From NCBI GenBank assembly GCA_001600815.1, contig BCKZ01000006.1, positions 186,001-250,000 on the forward strand: a stretch of DNA of 64,000 nt, read 5' to 3'. Made by a program: the position numbers and the translations under genes. Positions 25,048 through 37,619 of the stretch are shown here, piece after piece; the stretch's first letter is position 1; each line of letters starts with the position of its first letter. The notes beneath the pieces are model-generated. The model had not been told where the DNA came from. It searched no databases and saw only the letters and a program-made list of their open reading frames with translations. Source of the stretch: Alloascoidea hylecoeti (Eukaryota).

Positions 25048-25968
25048 ATGACCGATGAAATACTTAAGATTGAACAAATTAATGGTTATTTTTGCCTTCC
25101 GATAGTATTACCAACTGTTAATTTTAAATCATCATCAAATTCAAAATCAAAATTAAATTCAAAAGATAATTATCATTATACATATCTTCGAAAACATCAA
25201 ATCCCAAAATCTAATAATAATTCGAAAGAACTAATTAATGAATCTGAAAGATCGTTATTTTTTATAAATTTACCAAAGGATACAACTAATGAATCAATGA
25301 AAGATATTTTCCATCAAATTGGAGGAGGATTAATTGAAAAAATAACATATGGATTAGATTATGATATAGATATTGGAAATCTAAGTCGAATCGATAATAT
25401 TGATGAAAATGATGGTAAACAGAGATTAAATTTACCAAGAGATTGTGGACTAATTACTATGGTTGATAAATCAGCTTGTTCTTTAACAATTAATCAGGTT
25501 AAAAAGATACATTCTAAAAAAATTAATATTCCCAAATGGCCAAATTTATCATCATTATCAGGCAAACAATATTACTTATCGCAATATAAAAAAAATTTCC
25601 CGAGTTCTGACTCACTTTCAAATAATGTTAATAGTTTTATGATCGAATTTAATAAATTAGAAGAAGAACGATTAAACAATATTAAATCATTAAAAAATAA
25701 AATAGATGATGATGGTTTTGAACTTGTTGTTTCAAATAAAAGAAAATCAAGTGCAGGATTAAATTTAATTCGAAAAAGAGATGATGATAATGATGAAGTA
25801 ACATTAAAGAGAAAGAAGAAAAATGAAAAGAAAGAAAAGAAAGATTTTTATAAATTTCAGATAAGAGAGGTTAAAAAAGAAAAAGTTAATAGATTAGTTT
25901 TGAAATTTCATGAAGATCAAGATAAGATTAAAAAATTAAAAGAAAGAAGACTATTTAAACCATTTTAA
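25048..25968 (+). CDS. RRP7: rRNA-processing protein Rrp7
   Basis: HYTYLRKH, RSLFFINLP, IDDDGFELV, EKKDFYKFQIRE…F.ED..KI..LKE.R.FKPF. Confidence 0.92.
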   Translation: MTDEILKIEQINGYFCLPIVLPTVNFKSSSNSKSKLNSKDNYHYTYLRKHQIPKSNNNSKELINESERSLFFINLPKDTTNESMKDIFHQIGGGLIEKITYGLDYDIDIGNLSRIDNIDENDGKQRLNLPRDCGLITMVDKSACSLTINQVKKIHSKKINIPKWPNLSSLSGKQYYLSQYKKNFPSSDSLSNNVNSFMIEFNKLEEERLNNIKSLKNKIDDDGFELVVSNKRKSSAGLNLIRKRDDDNDEVTLKRKKKNEKKEKKDFYKFQIREVKKEKVNRLVLKFHEDQDKIKKLKERRLFKPF

Positions 25969-26200
25969 ATATTTTATATTTTTAACTAACTTTTGTATTG
26001 TTTATAATTACTGTTACTATTAGAAGGAAACAAATATTATAATACTAATATTTTGAAATTTATAACTATCTTGAGTCTTGATTAAAATTAATTATATATT
26101 AAACAAGTTAACAAACAAATTAAGCAAATTAAACAAATTTAAACTAAGCAAATTGTAAATAAATAAATAAATAAATCATATAATTAATTAACTAAAACTT

Positions 26201-27406
26201 CTATAGCTTACCTCCAGGTGTTCCATTAATAATAACTCCTTGTTCATATTGAATCCCCTCCATCTGTCTTAACATTATCGATGGATGCTTTCCTTGATCC
26301 TGTAACTCTTTAAATATAACAACAGGTTTCTCATCCAACCCTAGTATTCTTTCTTGATCACCATAGCAAATGACTAAGGCGTACTGCCTTGAATCATCAT
26401 TAATTCTATGTCTTCTCATGGCAGCCTGTAATACTTTATTACATGAATCGTCCTTGGAAGCCCGTAGTTGTTTTAAAGGCTCGTTTCGCGGTGCTTGATA
26501 GGTTGAAGGAGTTGATGCTTGTGATCGAGATGGAGACGTGGGAGATGTCACAAAGGAGTTTTTATGTACTCCTGCTAGCAATGTCGAGGATGATGAGTTG
26601 GAAGATAGTAATTGATTTTGTAAAAAATCTGGATCTGTTGGAGATACACCCTTTTTTTTAGAATATTTTCGAGATATTGATGCATTCGACGCAGATAGAT
26701 TATTCGTTGATTTAGTAGGCGATATTCTAGAATACATTGAAAGAGAGGGAGAAAGAGGGAAGTTTGAATGTAAATGATCTGGAGTAGGTAAAGGTTTTGA
26801 ATCTTTGACGATTTTAAAGACTGGTAGTAATTCTTCACGTAATCTGTTAAAATTGTCAGTCAATTTCTTAAGTTCTTTATTTGTAACCACTAACGATCGA
26901 TCTTTTGCAGTCAGTTGTCGTTGTAGTTTGGTCATATCATTGGATATTTTTTCACTTATAAATGAGGAAACGGTTGATTCTATGGATGTGGATGTCGTCA
27001 GTGTGCCTGTACTTGAAGTGTTGTTGTTAAGGCCAGGAGCAGAAAAGAGGGAAGACGAGGAAGAATTCCGCAGTAAATATGGATCCGGATGGATATTGTA
27101 GGCCGACAGGAGGTCATTGGTCTGCTTCAAAATGGCCAGACGGTGGGATATCGACCTGACCCCGATGTCCTTAAGGTCTGTGTTGGAGATATACGGAAGA
27201 ACATCGCCAGATATATTATTATCCACAAAGGCCTGGGTATACTGCGAGAAGCCGACATTCGCAAGCCAGACAGACACGGATTGGGCGGACCACTGGAGCA
27301 CGTTGTCCGCGTAGTCGAGGTCGCTGGAGGACAGGGCGGAGAAGACGGATGACGAGGGGGACGGGGCGATGATGGAGGCGGATGTGGAGTCTTCTAATTT
27401 GGCCAT
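26201..27406 (-). CDS. STE50: MAPK adaptor Ste50 (SAM and RA domains)
   Basis: SAM domain [10 protein letters not shown]…F..NNISGDVL…DLKDIGV…HRLAILK. RA domain [21 protein letters not shown]…[12 protein letters not shown]…P…FK.L…GKHP.IMLR. The listed start at 27418 is TTG; the first ATG is at 27406. Confidence 0.92.
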   Translation of the reverse strand: MAKLEDSTSASIIAPSPSSSVFSALSSSDLDYADNVLQWSAQSVSVWLANVGFSQYTQAFVDNNISGDVLPYISNTDLKDIGVRSISHRLAILKQTNDLLSAYNIHPDPYLLRNSSSSSLFSAPGLNNNTSSTGTLTTSTSIESTVSSFISEKISNDMTKLQRQLTAKDRSLVVTNKELKKLTDNFNRLREELLPVFKIVKDSKPLPTPDHLHSNFPLSPSLSMYSRISPTKSTNNLSASNASISRKYSKKKGVSPTDPDFLQNQLLSSNSSSSTLLAGVHKNSFVTSPTSPSRSQASTPSTYQAPRNEPLKQLRASKDDSCNKVLQAAMRRHRINDDSRQYALVICYGDQERILGLDEKPVVIFKELQDQGKHPSIMLRQMEGIQYEQGVIINGTPGGKL

Positions 27407-27502
27407 AAATGTGTACAAAAGAAAAAGGCTGCAGTTGAAATATTTATTTGGCTACACCCTCTCTTCCACATCTCATCTACATCATTACCAATCAATTTTA
27501 AT

Positions 27503-28402
27503 ATGAACGGAAAAAACTTACACTACGATCACGACGAAGAAGTGAAAGCCTATAAATCTTCTCATCATGGTCTACCGATCGTCGAATGTGCTGCCAGAGC
27601 AAGAATACCCACAACTCAAGGTCCGGAAATATTCCTACACCTCTACAAGAACAATTTTGATCAAAAGGAACATTTAGCTATTGTTTTTGGTCAGAAAATA
27701 CGTTCAAAGTCTTTGTATAAACGGAAACCAGGAGAAACGGAAAATGAACGGATGACTCGAGGTGCCTACGTTGGCAGGTTATATCCCGGAAGATCAAGAA
27801 GTGATCTTGATGAAAAAACTGGTGAAACTTGCTCTTTTACGGATGATGGGGAACTTGTTGAGCAAACACATCTAACTGATCCTGCTTTGGTAAGAATTCA
27901 TTCCGAATGTTACACTGGTGAAAATGCATGGTCCGCACGATGTGACTGTGGTGAACAATTTGACGAAGCGGGAAAACAAATGGGGCTAATAGGCACGGGT
28001 GTCATTGTTTATTTGAGACAAGAAGGTCGGGGAATAGGTCTTGGTGAAAAATTAAAAGCTTATAATCTACAAGATTTGGGAGCTGATACAGTTGAAGCAA
28101 ATTTATTACTAAAACATCCGGCTGATGATAGAAATTTTGGCTTAGCTACATCAATTTTATTAGATTTAGGAATTAGAGAAATTCGTTTATTAACAAACAA
28201 TCCGGATAAAATAGCTGCCGTTGAAGGTGAATATGGAGAAGTAAAAGTAATCGAAAGAGTCCCAATGGTTCCGAAAATGTGGACAGGTGATGATGGTGCC
28301 GTTTCTTCAAAAGAAATTGACGGTTATTTACGAACTAAAGTTGAAAGAATGGGTCATATATTGAATATTCCAATACAAATGCACACTGCTAATCATAACT
28401 GA
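27503..28402 (+). CDS. RIB1: GTP cyclohydrolase II
   Basis: [59 protein letters not shown]. Confidence 0.97.
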   Translation: MNGKNLHYDHDEEVKAYKSSHHGLPIVECAARARIPTTQGPEIFLHLYKNNFDQKEHLAIVFGQKIRSKSLYKRKPGETENERMTRGAYVGRLYPGRSRSDLDEKTGETCSFTDDGELVEQTHLTDPALVRIHSECYTGENAWSARCDCGEQFDEAGKQMGLIGTGVIVYLRQEGRGIGLGEKLKAYNLQDLGADTVEANLLLKHPADDRNFGLATSILLDLGIREIRLLTNNPDKIAAVEGEYGEVKVIERVPMVPKMWTGDDGAVSSKEIDGYLRTKVERMGHILNIPIQMHTANHN

Positions 28403-29139
28403 TTAAACACTACCTTCTTCAACACTTTTAATGCTTTATAGACTATACATAATACCTAGTACATTTAATTTTATATATGTAAATAAATTGAGGGTATAAC
28501 TATAATATAGATGGGTATTCTAAATATCATTTTACCTGTAGATTTAAATGTCGTAATCGGTATCCTGTAAAGATTACAACATTAATATAGATATTCCTTC
28601 AACTCAATCTCCTGTAGAAAATTAGTAGAACTGATAAGCAAGTGTAAGAATGTGGAAGTGGAAGTGTTTTGATGAATTTTGTCCGATGAATTCAGAACAT
28701 TTATTAATTAAGATACTAATAATAACAAATAGCCAGATTCAAGTAATATAAAAAAAATCCTCACGACAATCCTCCAAGCATAAATTATCTGAATAAAATG
28801 TATGATAGTAGTTAATAATGGTATAAAAAAAAAAAGAAAAAAAAAAATAACACGTAATAAATAAGTGTATATGTATTATCATTAGTATAATTGATAATGG
28901 TGTTTGCTGAATTGATAATGTTGCAATTGTTTGCTGAATTAAAACGTCGAGTTTTGCATATATTTCATCAGCCAAAAAATAATAAACAAAAAGAATGAAA
29001 AAGTAAACCCAAATTTAAAAAATAAAAAATAAATAAAAATAATAAAAATTGATAAGACCTAAATGGTCCCCTCCATAAATACTGTTGGGCGTAATATGGT
29101 ACAAGAAACGATTGATATCAAATGATAATAATGCTAATT

Positions 29140-29946
29140 TTAAGCGCGTTGCAACTTAAAATTTAAAGGATTGGTACCAGCCCTAGGAGTTTCATTAATT
29201 TCACTTTCTTCCAAACATCGTTTATTATTTTGATATCCAGCACGTAAATCATCGTTTGAAGGATTTGGTGTCATAACATGAACCTGATAATTAGCTTGAC
29301 GAACTTCTTGATAAGTTAAAAGAATGTTTCGATAATATCCTTCAATATTAACACATAACCGTTGACTTTGAATATGGCGATAAGATTCTTCAAAACTACC
29401 TTTATAATAATCCATCAAAAGAGAACAAATGATAGCTGCACTCTTATCATTACCAGATTCACAAAATACATAGGCAGAAACGTCATAATCTTGTGATGAT
29501 ACGACGTTAGCAAGAATATCATTTGTTACAGCAAAACTAGACATTAAACTTCCAGTCATTATCGGTTGAATATCCAAATTTGGATAGCAATCACCAATGT
29601 TTGCCTGTGCCTGAGTAAACTCATGTAAATGGTTTTGAACATGAATAGATTTAAAATGATTCAAAGAATACTCTGGGTCAATAATAATACAGCGGTAATC
29701 TGGAAGCGCGAACTTTTTCAAAAGCATTGCTGCTCTTTCGGCCCTCATACACGCGATAAAAACGCGAATATTATTTCCTTCGATAAAACTCTCGCTATCA
29801 ACCAAAGAACTCGGGCCTAAAAAGACCTTTGGAACAATTTGTTGAGCAGCATATCTGTCAGCAAACTGCCATGACTCCACCTGTGTTGTTACTGAGTTAA
29901 CAGTAGCATTGTTAGCACAAGAATTGCTTATGAGACTCTTAATCAT
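29140..29946 (-). CDS. Dual-specificity-phosphatase-fold protein, STYX-like, with a non-canonical active site
   Basis: WQFADRYAAQQIVPKVFLGP resembles the STYX N-terminus. The P-loop reads VFCESGNDKSAAII, followed by a …IQSQRLCV DSP C-terminal motif. Confidence 0.8.
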   Translation of the reverse strand: MIKSLISNSCANNATVNSVTTQVESWQFADRYAAQQIVPKVFLGPSSLVDSESFIEGNNIRVFIACMRAERAAMLLKKFALPDYRCIIIDPEYSLNHFKSIHVQNHLHEFTQAQANIGDCYPNLDIQPIMTGSLMSSFAVTNDILANVVSSQDYDVSAYVFCESGNDKSAAIICSLLMDYYKGSFEESYRHIQSQRLCVNIEGYYRNILLTYQEVRQANYQVHVMTPNPSNDDLRAGYQNNKRCLEESEINETPRAGTNPLNFKLQRA

Positions 29947-31426
29947 TTTTTAAAAATATATATCAAGTGAGTAATAATATGAATACAAAGTAATGTGAGG
30001 TTATGAAAAGAATAAAATATTCTTTGTCTTGTCAGTTACCGAATAAAAAATAGACACCCCGAAAAAAGATGGAGAAAAAGAGAGAAAGAAGAAATCCAAA
30101 AAGTCAGTTTCCTCTAAAAAAGAAGGCTGGTCAGCTGATATGCACGTGTATTACTTGAAAGGGGAATATGCATGTAGAGTATATGAACTTTATGCCCAAA
30201 CAGGGAAGATGATGATCTAGAACAATATGCAATACATTTGAACTTGTACCTGATTGGTTAATGCATATGCACGCGGGAGGGTCATGCAGAAGCATGCAGT
30301 CAATGTATGCGGGAGTCTGAAATAATTATAATGATTGCTGCTATACAGTGACTGCATTTACTCCCAGTATGAAATGTACACCTCCTATAAATCTCGTGAT
30401 TCCACATATGAGTTGCACGTGCACTAATGTAATCAATCGCTTTCAATAATGGTGTGCCTGTGTGTACCAGTAAGAAAACCAATGCAAGATAGACACCACT
30501 GTTCTCCTCGCAAAAGCCTGGGAAAGTTTATTGAAATCTTGGCCTTCATAACCAGCATAGGCACCTTGCTTCTCTTCCCACCCCTCAAATTTCATATTTT
30601 TTTTAGACTATTTCCTAATCATAATGAGTCAAATGTAGATTTAAATAGACTCTAATTGCTATAATTGAAAACTTGATTGCATCTATCAAAGTTTTGAAAA
30701 ATACCTTTATTTTTAGTAATAAAAACGTTATGAAACTTGCTACAGTGAAGTCACTAGCTCTCTCTGTAAATATAAAAAGTTGAAACCGCCACATTAATTA
30801 GACAAAAATTAATTCGTACATCTGTAGAATTTACTTTGAAATATTAATTTCATTACAGTTGTATTTATTCGCAGCTGTAGTGCAAAATAGTCATATACCG
30901 GAGCATGAAGAAACAATTCGGGCATTTAGAGAAAATGATTCGTTTATCAATTACAACTCACATAATCATAGCTACTGATATACTTCACATTCATTGAATG
31001 CTTTTCTTTTTTTAATTATTCTTTAAAGTATATATTAGCTAAATTATACACACACAGGTGTGTGTGGTGAACAAAAAACGAAATACATCAACGGCAATCG
31101 AATTGTATTTTTCTCGTCTCGTCACGTGACAAACTTGTTTTCCTCAAATGTTGTACTCCCCTTGAGTGTGTGTGTTCCATCTTCTTTGTATGTAATCGAT
31201 TACTTTGCAACAATAATCGCCAGCTAACTATTTAAGTTTAATTCAATTACCGTTTTCGTCTATCCGATATGCAATCTTCTGCATAATTCATTAACGATTT
31301 GATGAAAAGAAATTGCAACATAAAAAATGTTACATGATAAAAAATCCGGTCCCGATATTAATAAATATTTCTATTCCCTTCCTGTATTCAGTATTTCCAT
31401 TTCTACTTACCCTTCTTTTTTTCAAT

Positions 31427-32509
31427 ATGTCAATTATAGTTCTAACACCCTCTGAATCAGAAGAGACACTCGCGCAAGTTTGCTCAACCAGTTCACGCGC
31501 ATCCACACATGGTCAACACAACAACATTACCACTCCTAGAATAGCCAAAAGGTCGTTACTTCTATCACCAATAGTATCCATGAAGTAATTGTCTCTTGCT
31601 CTGCGAAATGCAGAAGATTTAGCTTGAAATCACATAAAACTAATTCAACTTCTTCTTCTGAGTATTTTGTCTGTGGTAACATCAAAAGGAATGATAGCGA
31701 TTGTGACTCAGATGCCAGTCTTCTAGGTATTTATGATAATTCTTCATCGCATAAATTTATAGATAATACAGTCTTTATTTCATCAACTGATTATGATAAT
31801 ACTTCACCTATAGCTACTGGAATTAAAGGATTAGATTCGAGAATTAAAATTTTACAAAAGCTATTTGAATAGTTTGGATGAATTTATCATTCTTTTGGAG
31901 TCTTATAATGAAATTAATGTAATAATGATGAAATATCCACACATTATCTAAGAGATGAAAAAAGATGATCTTAGATATGATTCCATGACAGAAGTAACTG
32001 AGAGCGATCCAAAACCTTCATCGGTCAATAATGAAGACAGACAAAGAGGTTCTGATGCTATTTCCAGAATGAATAAATCTCGATTTAGTATCGAATCAAA
32101 GGAGCTCTCTGGTTCCCTAGCAAAAGTTATATCTAAGTTACCAAGTACCAATCAAAATTTCTTCCTTTGTTTATTAGAAGTTTTATTTTTATTTCAAGAA
32201 AAGAGTGAAGTTAACTTTATGACCACTTATAATTTATCAGCTATTTTCCAACCTGGGATTTTCAACCATGATAGTCAAAACTCTGAGGAAACTGCTCTAA
32301 AAATGTTCATTTCGAAGAAGTTCCAAGTAAGTTTTATATGCGCCGACGCAGCTCTACTCTATTCTTCAATAAAAAAATCGAGGACAAAGCACACAATTGA
32401 AGTTCATCTACGATGTAATATGAATTCGAAAAGGAAGAATAATGAAATATTAAAGATCCAGAAAAAGAAGAAGAGCCACATTCTAATTTGGAAAACTGGA
32501 GGCCTATGA
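31427..32509 (+). pseudogene. Decayed Sac7/Bag7-like RhoGAP
   Basis: LPSTNQNFFLCLLEVL..FQEKSEVNFMTTYNLSAIFQPGIFNH is a RhoGAP C-terminal half. GIKGLDSRIKILQKLFE resembles a GIFR..G…RIK.LQ..F relic without the arginine finger. Fragments are split by stops and frameshifts at 31588, 31872 and about 31950. Confidence 0.7.
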
Positions 32510-32839
32510 AAGACTGATAAAATTAACTATCACAAAGTTATAGCTCTTAATTATAAATTTATAATTGGCTAGGTATATTCTAAATGATTATTAGGTTATC
32601 ACCAAAGTCGTACTTTGTTGCCTGACTTGAAAACTTAAGGGCAATGATTAATATTATGACTACAACAATAATATGCATATATATTTTTAAATTTACTGTT
32701 TAAAAGGATACGGAGGCTGGGGTATAATAATATGATTGTGATTTATAGGTGTACACATTTGATTCAAGATTCTGTTTTTTGTTATTCTAATTGCTTTCTA
32801 AATGCTACTTAAATATATGTACTCAATATTAGTTTCCCA

Positions 32840-34411
32840 TTACTTGTATTCATCCATAAACGTATTATGAAAAGTAACCCAGCGACCAATGTAATCAGTT
32901 GGATCCAGAAAGGTTGTTCTAAAATGATATGTTCCCTCCACTTGACCAAATCCTGAGCCTGGAACAACACAAATTCCAGTATTATTTAGTAGTTCCATAC
33001 AGTAAAATACATCGGGCTCCTCTCCTTTTTCTCTCGCTTTATCTATTGCCTTTGGGGGTAAGAGTAATTTAGGGTATAAATACATCGCACCTTGGGGTTT
33101 CTGAACTTCCAAATTCTTCATTCTTTTAAATGCATTGTAAAGTTTTTGAGATTGCTTGTACATTGTATTATAAATAGTATCATATTCATTCTTGAACTTA
33201 GTATATGATTCATCACCTGGCTGTGGTGGATCAACCATTAAATCAACCAAAGCCTGTCCTATAACTACTGGACAGATTGATATTGAAGCTAATTTGAAAA
33301 ACATTTCTTTAACTTCTTTTTCAAATCCAACCAATTCCATATAACCACCTCTTTGGCCACACTCACCATTCATACCCTTAGAAATAGAGTGTAGAGATGC
33401 TAATTGAACATCATCATATATAGAACCGTCATCATTTTTGTAATTACTTTGTAATTTTCTTAAAATAGACTTGAAAGAGTGAAATTGGCCTTCTTTAAAA
33501 ACATTTTCTTGATAAACCTCATCAGCAACTATAACTAAGGAGTTTTCTGCAGAAATTCTTATAATTTCTGTAATGTCATTTACTGATAAACATGATCCAG
33601 TTGGGTTTCCTGGGTTTATTACGATTATCCCCTTAATATCAATACCTTTTAATATATTTTCCTTAACAGTATTTTCTAAGCATTTAATATCAACCGACCA
33701 ACCTTTAGATTCATTAAGATAATAAGGAACGGCTTTAGTATTCGTTAATGTCAAAGTAGCAGTATAAAGTGGGTATTGAGGAATTGGAATCAAAAATCCA
33801 GTATTAGGCCCACAACTAATAGTGGGTATAAGATAGCTAGCAGCAGGAGTAGCACCATTAGTTAAAAAAATATCGTTAGGGTCTGCTTTAAACCCATCTC
33901 TTCTTCCAATAAATTTTGCAACTGATTCACGGACGCAAAAGGATCCTTGACAATGGGAATAAGCACCAACGTTTCCAAGAGTTTTTAATAATTTCTTAGC
34001 TCTTTGAATGACATCCTTTTTGTATATATTTAATATATCTGGATTATCAATCATTGAAGGATTTTCTAATAATGATAGAACTTCTCGATAAAAGGATATT
34101 GGCTTTTGGCCCATTTGTTGTGGGTTTCCAATATTACAATTAACGATTCTATCAAAAGATAACGATGACGGATTCACTTTTAATATTTCTCGCAATTCAT
34201 CAGATCTAACTTCAAGTTGTCCTCGAACTGCATATTTAGCCCCCACAACTTGTTTATTTAGAGAATCCAAATGTAATTTCCCTGGTCTTTTCAATTTGGA
34301 ACACGGATCATTTAATTTTAACAATGATTGAGCATTAAAAGTTGATGAGCTTATATACTCATTTATGATGTCAGAAGTATTATTAGCTTTGGTGGAAAGT
34401 ACAATAGACAT
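32840..34411 (-). CDS. ALT1: Alanine aminotransferase (Alt1/Alt2 family)
   Basis: AKYAVRG, NIGNPQQ, PIPQYPLY, VINPGNPTG, ADEVYQEN, SLHSISKG..GECGQRGGY (PLP lysine), VPGSGFGQ..GTYHFRTTF. Confidence 0.95.
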   Translation of the reverse strand: MSIVLSTKANNTSDIINEYISSSTFNAQSLLKLNDPCSKLKRPGKLHLDSLNKQVVGAKYAVRGQLEVRSDELREILKVNPSSLSFDRIVNCNIGNPQQMGQKPISFYREVLSLLENPSMIDNPDILNIYKKDVIQRAKKLLKTLGNVGAYSHCQGSFCVRESVAKFIGRRDGFKADPNDIFLTNGATPAASYLIPTISCGPNTGFLIPIPQYPLYTATLTLTNTKAVPYYLNESKGWSVDIKCLENTVKENILKGIDIKGIIVINPGNPTGSCLSVNDITEIIRISAENSLVIVADEVYQENVFKEGQFHSFKSILRKLQSNYKNDDGSIYDDVQLASLHSISKGMNGECGQRGGYMELVGFEKEVKEMFFKLASISICPVVIGQALVDLMVDPPQPGDESYTKFKNEYDTIYNTMYKQSQKLYNAFKRMKNLEVQKPQGAMYLYPKLLLPPKAIDKAREKGEEPDVFYCMELLNNTGICVVPGSGFGQVEGTYHFRTTFLDPTDYIGRWVTFHNTFMDEYK

Positions 34412-35758
34412 TCTTAGAAGACTGAATTTGCAATTTGTTTGATCAATTTAAGGGGATTTCAATTTAAGTGTGGAAGAATAAAGCTAGTTATAAAAGAGGG
34501 AGACTAGGCTTATTTATATTTATTTATATATAAAGCGCTACTGTAAATAGTCCAGACAATGACTTGAGTACTAAATGCACTAGTAATAATTATATCGGGT
34601 GGCTAATATTAATATTCTTATCTAGATTTATATAATATATATTAATATTAATGCTAGCAAGCGGAATTTCATATGTGTGTGTGAAACAATTCATGATAAG
34701 AAATCTACTCGGAACATTATTACTAACTTAAAAGGTTATCTAAAAAGATTATGGTGGTTTACTTTCCATTATTATCAGTTAAATGCTATAGGAAAGGTAG
34801 AAGATATAAATAAAAGGTCGACTGTGATTATAACTTGCAATTGTAAGAGTCCCAATTATCTATTCAATTCAAGAAAATAGAATAAATCGCAGGTAACCCA
34901 TATAAGGGATAACCAATTGTGAGACCCGAACCAGATCTATAATTAATTTAATTAATATATCCTGTTTACCATATCAAAATGCGGTAATTGTGGCTATGCA
35001 GTCATTATGGTAAAGCCACTTTATAATTTTAATTGGGGCTTAATTAGCCACTCGATTTAGTCATGAGCCTCACACATGAGGTGGATCGTGTTATATGCCC
35101 AATTATAAATTAAAACGTTTATTTGAAGTGATAAGATCCTTGTGATCATGATATAAAGCTTATATGGTATAGCTAGCTAATACTCAAATAAAGTCATAAA
35201 TTATAGGGTATTTTCCGTAACAACTTTATAGAGAAGCTTAGATAATTACTCAAACATTTGATCTAACTGAATTTAATATAGGAATAACTAACTATATGTA
35301 TAATATTTTCATTTATGACCTTAACTATAAGTGTTTTTACTCTAATCGAGATTAAATAATATTTGGATATCATGAGGGCCAAGATTTTATCAGTTCCAAG
35401 ATACTTCAATTTTACCAGATCAAGTTATATACTTGAATTAGAAATTAATTAATCGCATAATCCTAGATCCAACTAGAAATTTACATCTTTTTATACTGGC
35501 AAATGATCATAGCTGTAGTAGAGTTCCAAATAAAACAATAATATTTGAGTGTATATTAAACAATCATTGCAATCGTATATTTATATATCGATATATTATT
35601 TTGTTTTTATTCGGATATAGTTATATATGCCCTTATCCCATATGACTTCATTATGGAATTAACACCGCTCGACGCCCTTCAATAATATACAAAAACCAGT
35701 TCAACTTAACTAAAAATAAAATATTAATTCTTTTTTATCTCGCTCCACAATCTTCTCA

Positions 35759-36482
35759 TTAAACAGCTATAGGTGGAGGGATTGAAACTGTATTAGAGGT
35801 TTCATTTTGCTGTTTTGGTTTAATCTTCATATCTTCAGTTAACGCTTTCCACTTAGGATGAACACCAAGTTGGCAATCGGGACCATAAGGACAAAATCCC
35901 GTCAAATATAAAGGACAGAATTCTTTTCTAACATGTCTTTTTTCACAATTAGGACCATCAGGACAAAAACCTTGATCATATTTTGGGCATGGAGGTATTT
36001 TCGATAATGGATCGATATGTTGATATTGACAATCCGGTGTTGTACAATAACCATTCTTCGAAAAAAATTGGCATTCAGGCATTTTACGAAGATTATATTC
36101 ATGAAGAAATTCACAATGGTCACCTTTTTTGCAGAGCCCTCTTAGCCAATGCTTACAGACAATTCTTAAAAGAAGAGTTAGTATATAAAATACGGTCAAA
36201 GTTCATTTTTTACTTACTTATTTGAAAAATTGGATGAAACATGTTTGTCTGGGCAATCGTCTCCTCTAGGGCAATGACCTTGGGCATAACTCTGACATAT
36301 AGGTCGATCTGGATATAGTTAGCATTGATTACACAAATGATGTTGAAAAAGAGGATGGAAAAACACATACCAGGATCCAAACCAAAATGAAACTCTCGCC
36401 GTAGGAACGGTTCAAAGTTGAAAGAAAAATGTGAAGTATCAGGTTTTATTACCTTTAGAAGAGGATCTGTCTGCTTCATCAT
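35759..36482 (-). CDS. YTH1: CPSF30 homolog Yth1, 3 exons: 36482-36371, 36308-36218, 36164-35759
   Basis: Introns 36309-36370 (GTATGT…GCTAAC…CAG) and 36165-36217 (GTAAGT…TACTAAC…AAG). The spliced product …[12 protein letters not shown]…CPDKH…[33 protein letters not shown] has five CCCH fingers. Confidence 0.95.
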
Positions 36483-37215
36483 GATATATTTTAGATTTAA
36501 TGATTAATGAAAGTGGTTTAAACCTTTTGAGTGTATGGGTGTTCTTAAGTTTAAACTAACCAACAATAAATTTAAAAAAGAAAATAGAGGTTCAGCTTAT
36601 AACCTATAATTGTTTTTATGCTATTTATTTAGAAACTGTCTATAAGAGACGTATATTTTCTCACGTTTAAACGTTCAAACACAAAAAGCAGAGTGAGTCT
36701 TAGTGACTCCAATCAATTCTCAATATTTAGTATATCAAATGGCCTAAATTAAATAAACAATTGAAGTTACCCGGCTTTTATATGTTAGTTGCCGTTTTTG
36801 TTATCAATAGGCGGCTATATTTCTGGCATTTTTATTGTTTAAACCTTTCTCGCTTACGCATGCCATTTTTAGATATCAACTCAAACAAGGAAAGAAACTA
36901 TTCGCATATGGCAAGCTGGAATTGAATTAAGTTAACTTTGTTGAAAAATGTCCATATTTGTATGGATTAATGGATACGACAAATCTAACCGAGACCTAAA
37001 AAAATTAAACCTAAATACAGCTGGAAATTAACCAAAATATTTACATTTTTTCTTAATTGGTAATTATGGAGTGTTCATTTTTCTTAGTATAGACATTTTG
37101 GCACAGGTAAACAAGATTGAAATGTTCACTTTTCTTAATAACTATGGACTCAACTGTAGAAATCCAAGCCCCAATTAAAATGTTATCCTCTCATACATGT
37201 ATACCAGATTGCTAA

Positions 37216-37475
37216 CTATTTCACTTGTGACATCTCTTTACCTATTCTATAGAGTCTTACATACTCGTGTATGATCACAATTTCTACAAAGTGTGTAGAG
37301 CGTTCGAGTGAAGCAAGATAATACTTTGAATCCCAATTACAATACTTGGAATGAGTACCTACCCAAACATCAAGCAAGAGATTATGTCTAACTCCTGCTG
37401 GTACATTTGTGACTGCTCCCCGAAATGAGATGGAAGTCATTATGCTACTTGCCGAGATGAAGGCAGAACATCAGG
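37216..37475 (-). mobile_element. Possible Ty1/copia integrase fragment
   Basis: CSAFISA…F…LLLDVWVG…SKYYLASLERSTHF resembles the rve pattern C..C..gK…F…liH.DvwGP…kYfl.fiD..sr. Short and degenerate. Confidence 0.4.
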
Positions 37476-37619
37476 AGCTAACAGAAAGTATTAGGAACCA
37501 TCAACTTCTCTATACAATAAAATATGAATTTTAAATTTATATCATAAACTCGTAATATATAAACATTAAACAAAGTCATTCCCAATACCACATATATTTA
37601 TGCTCTTTTCTGTCTATAA

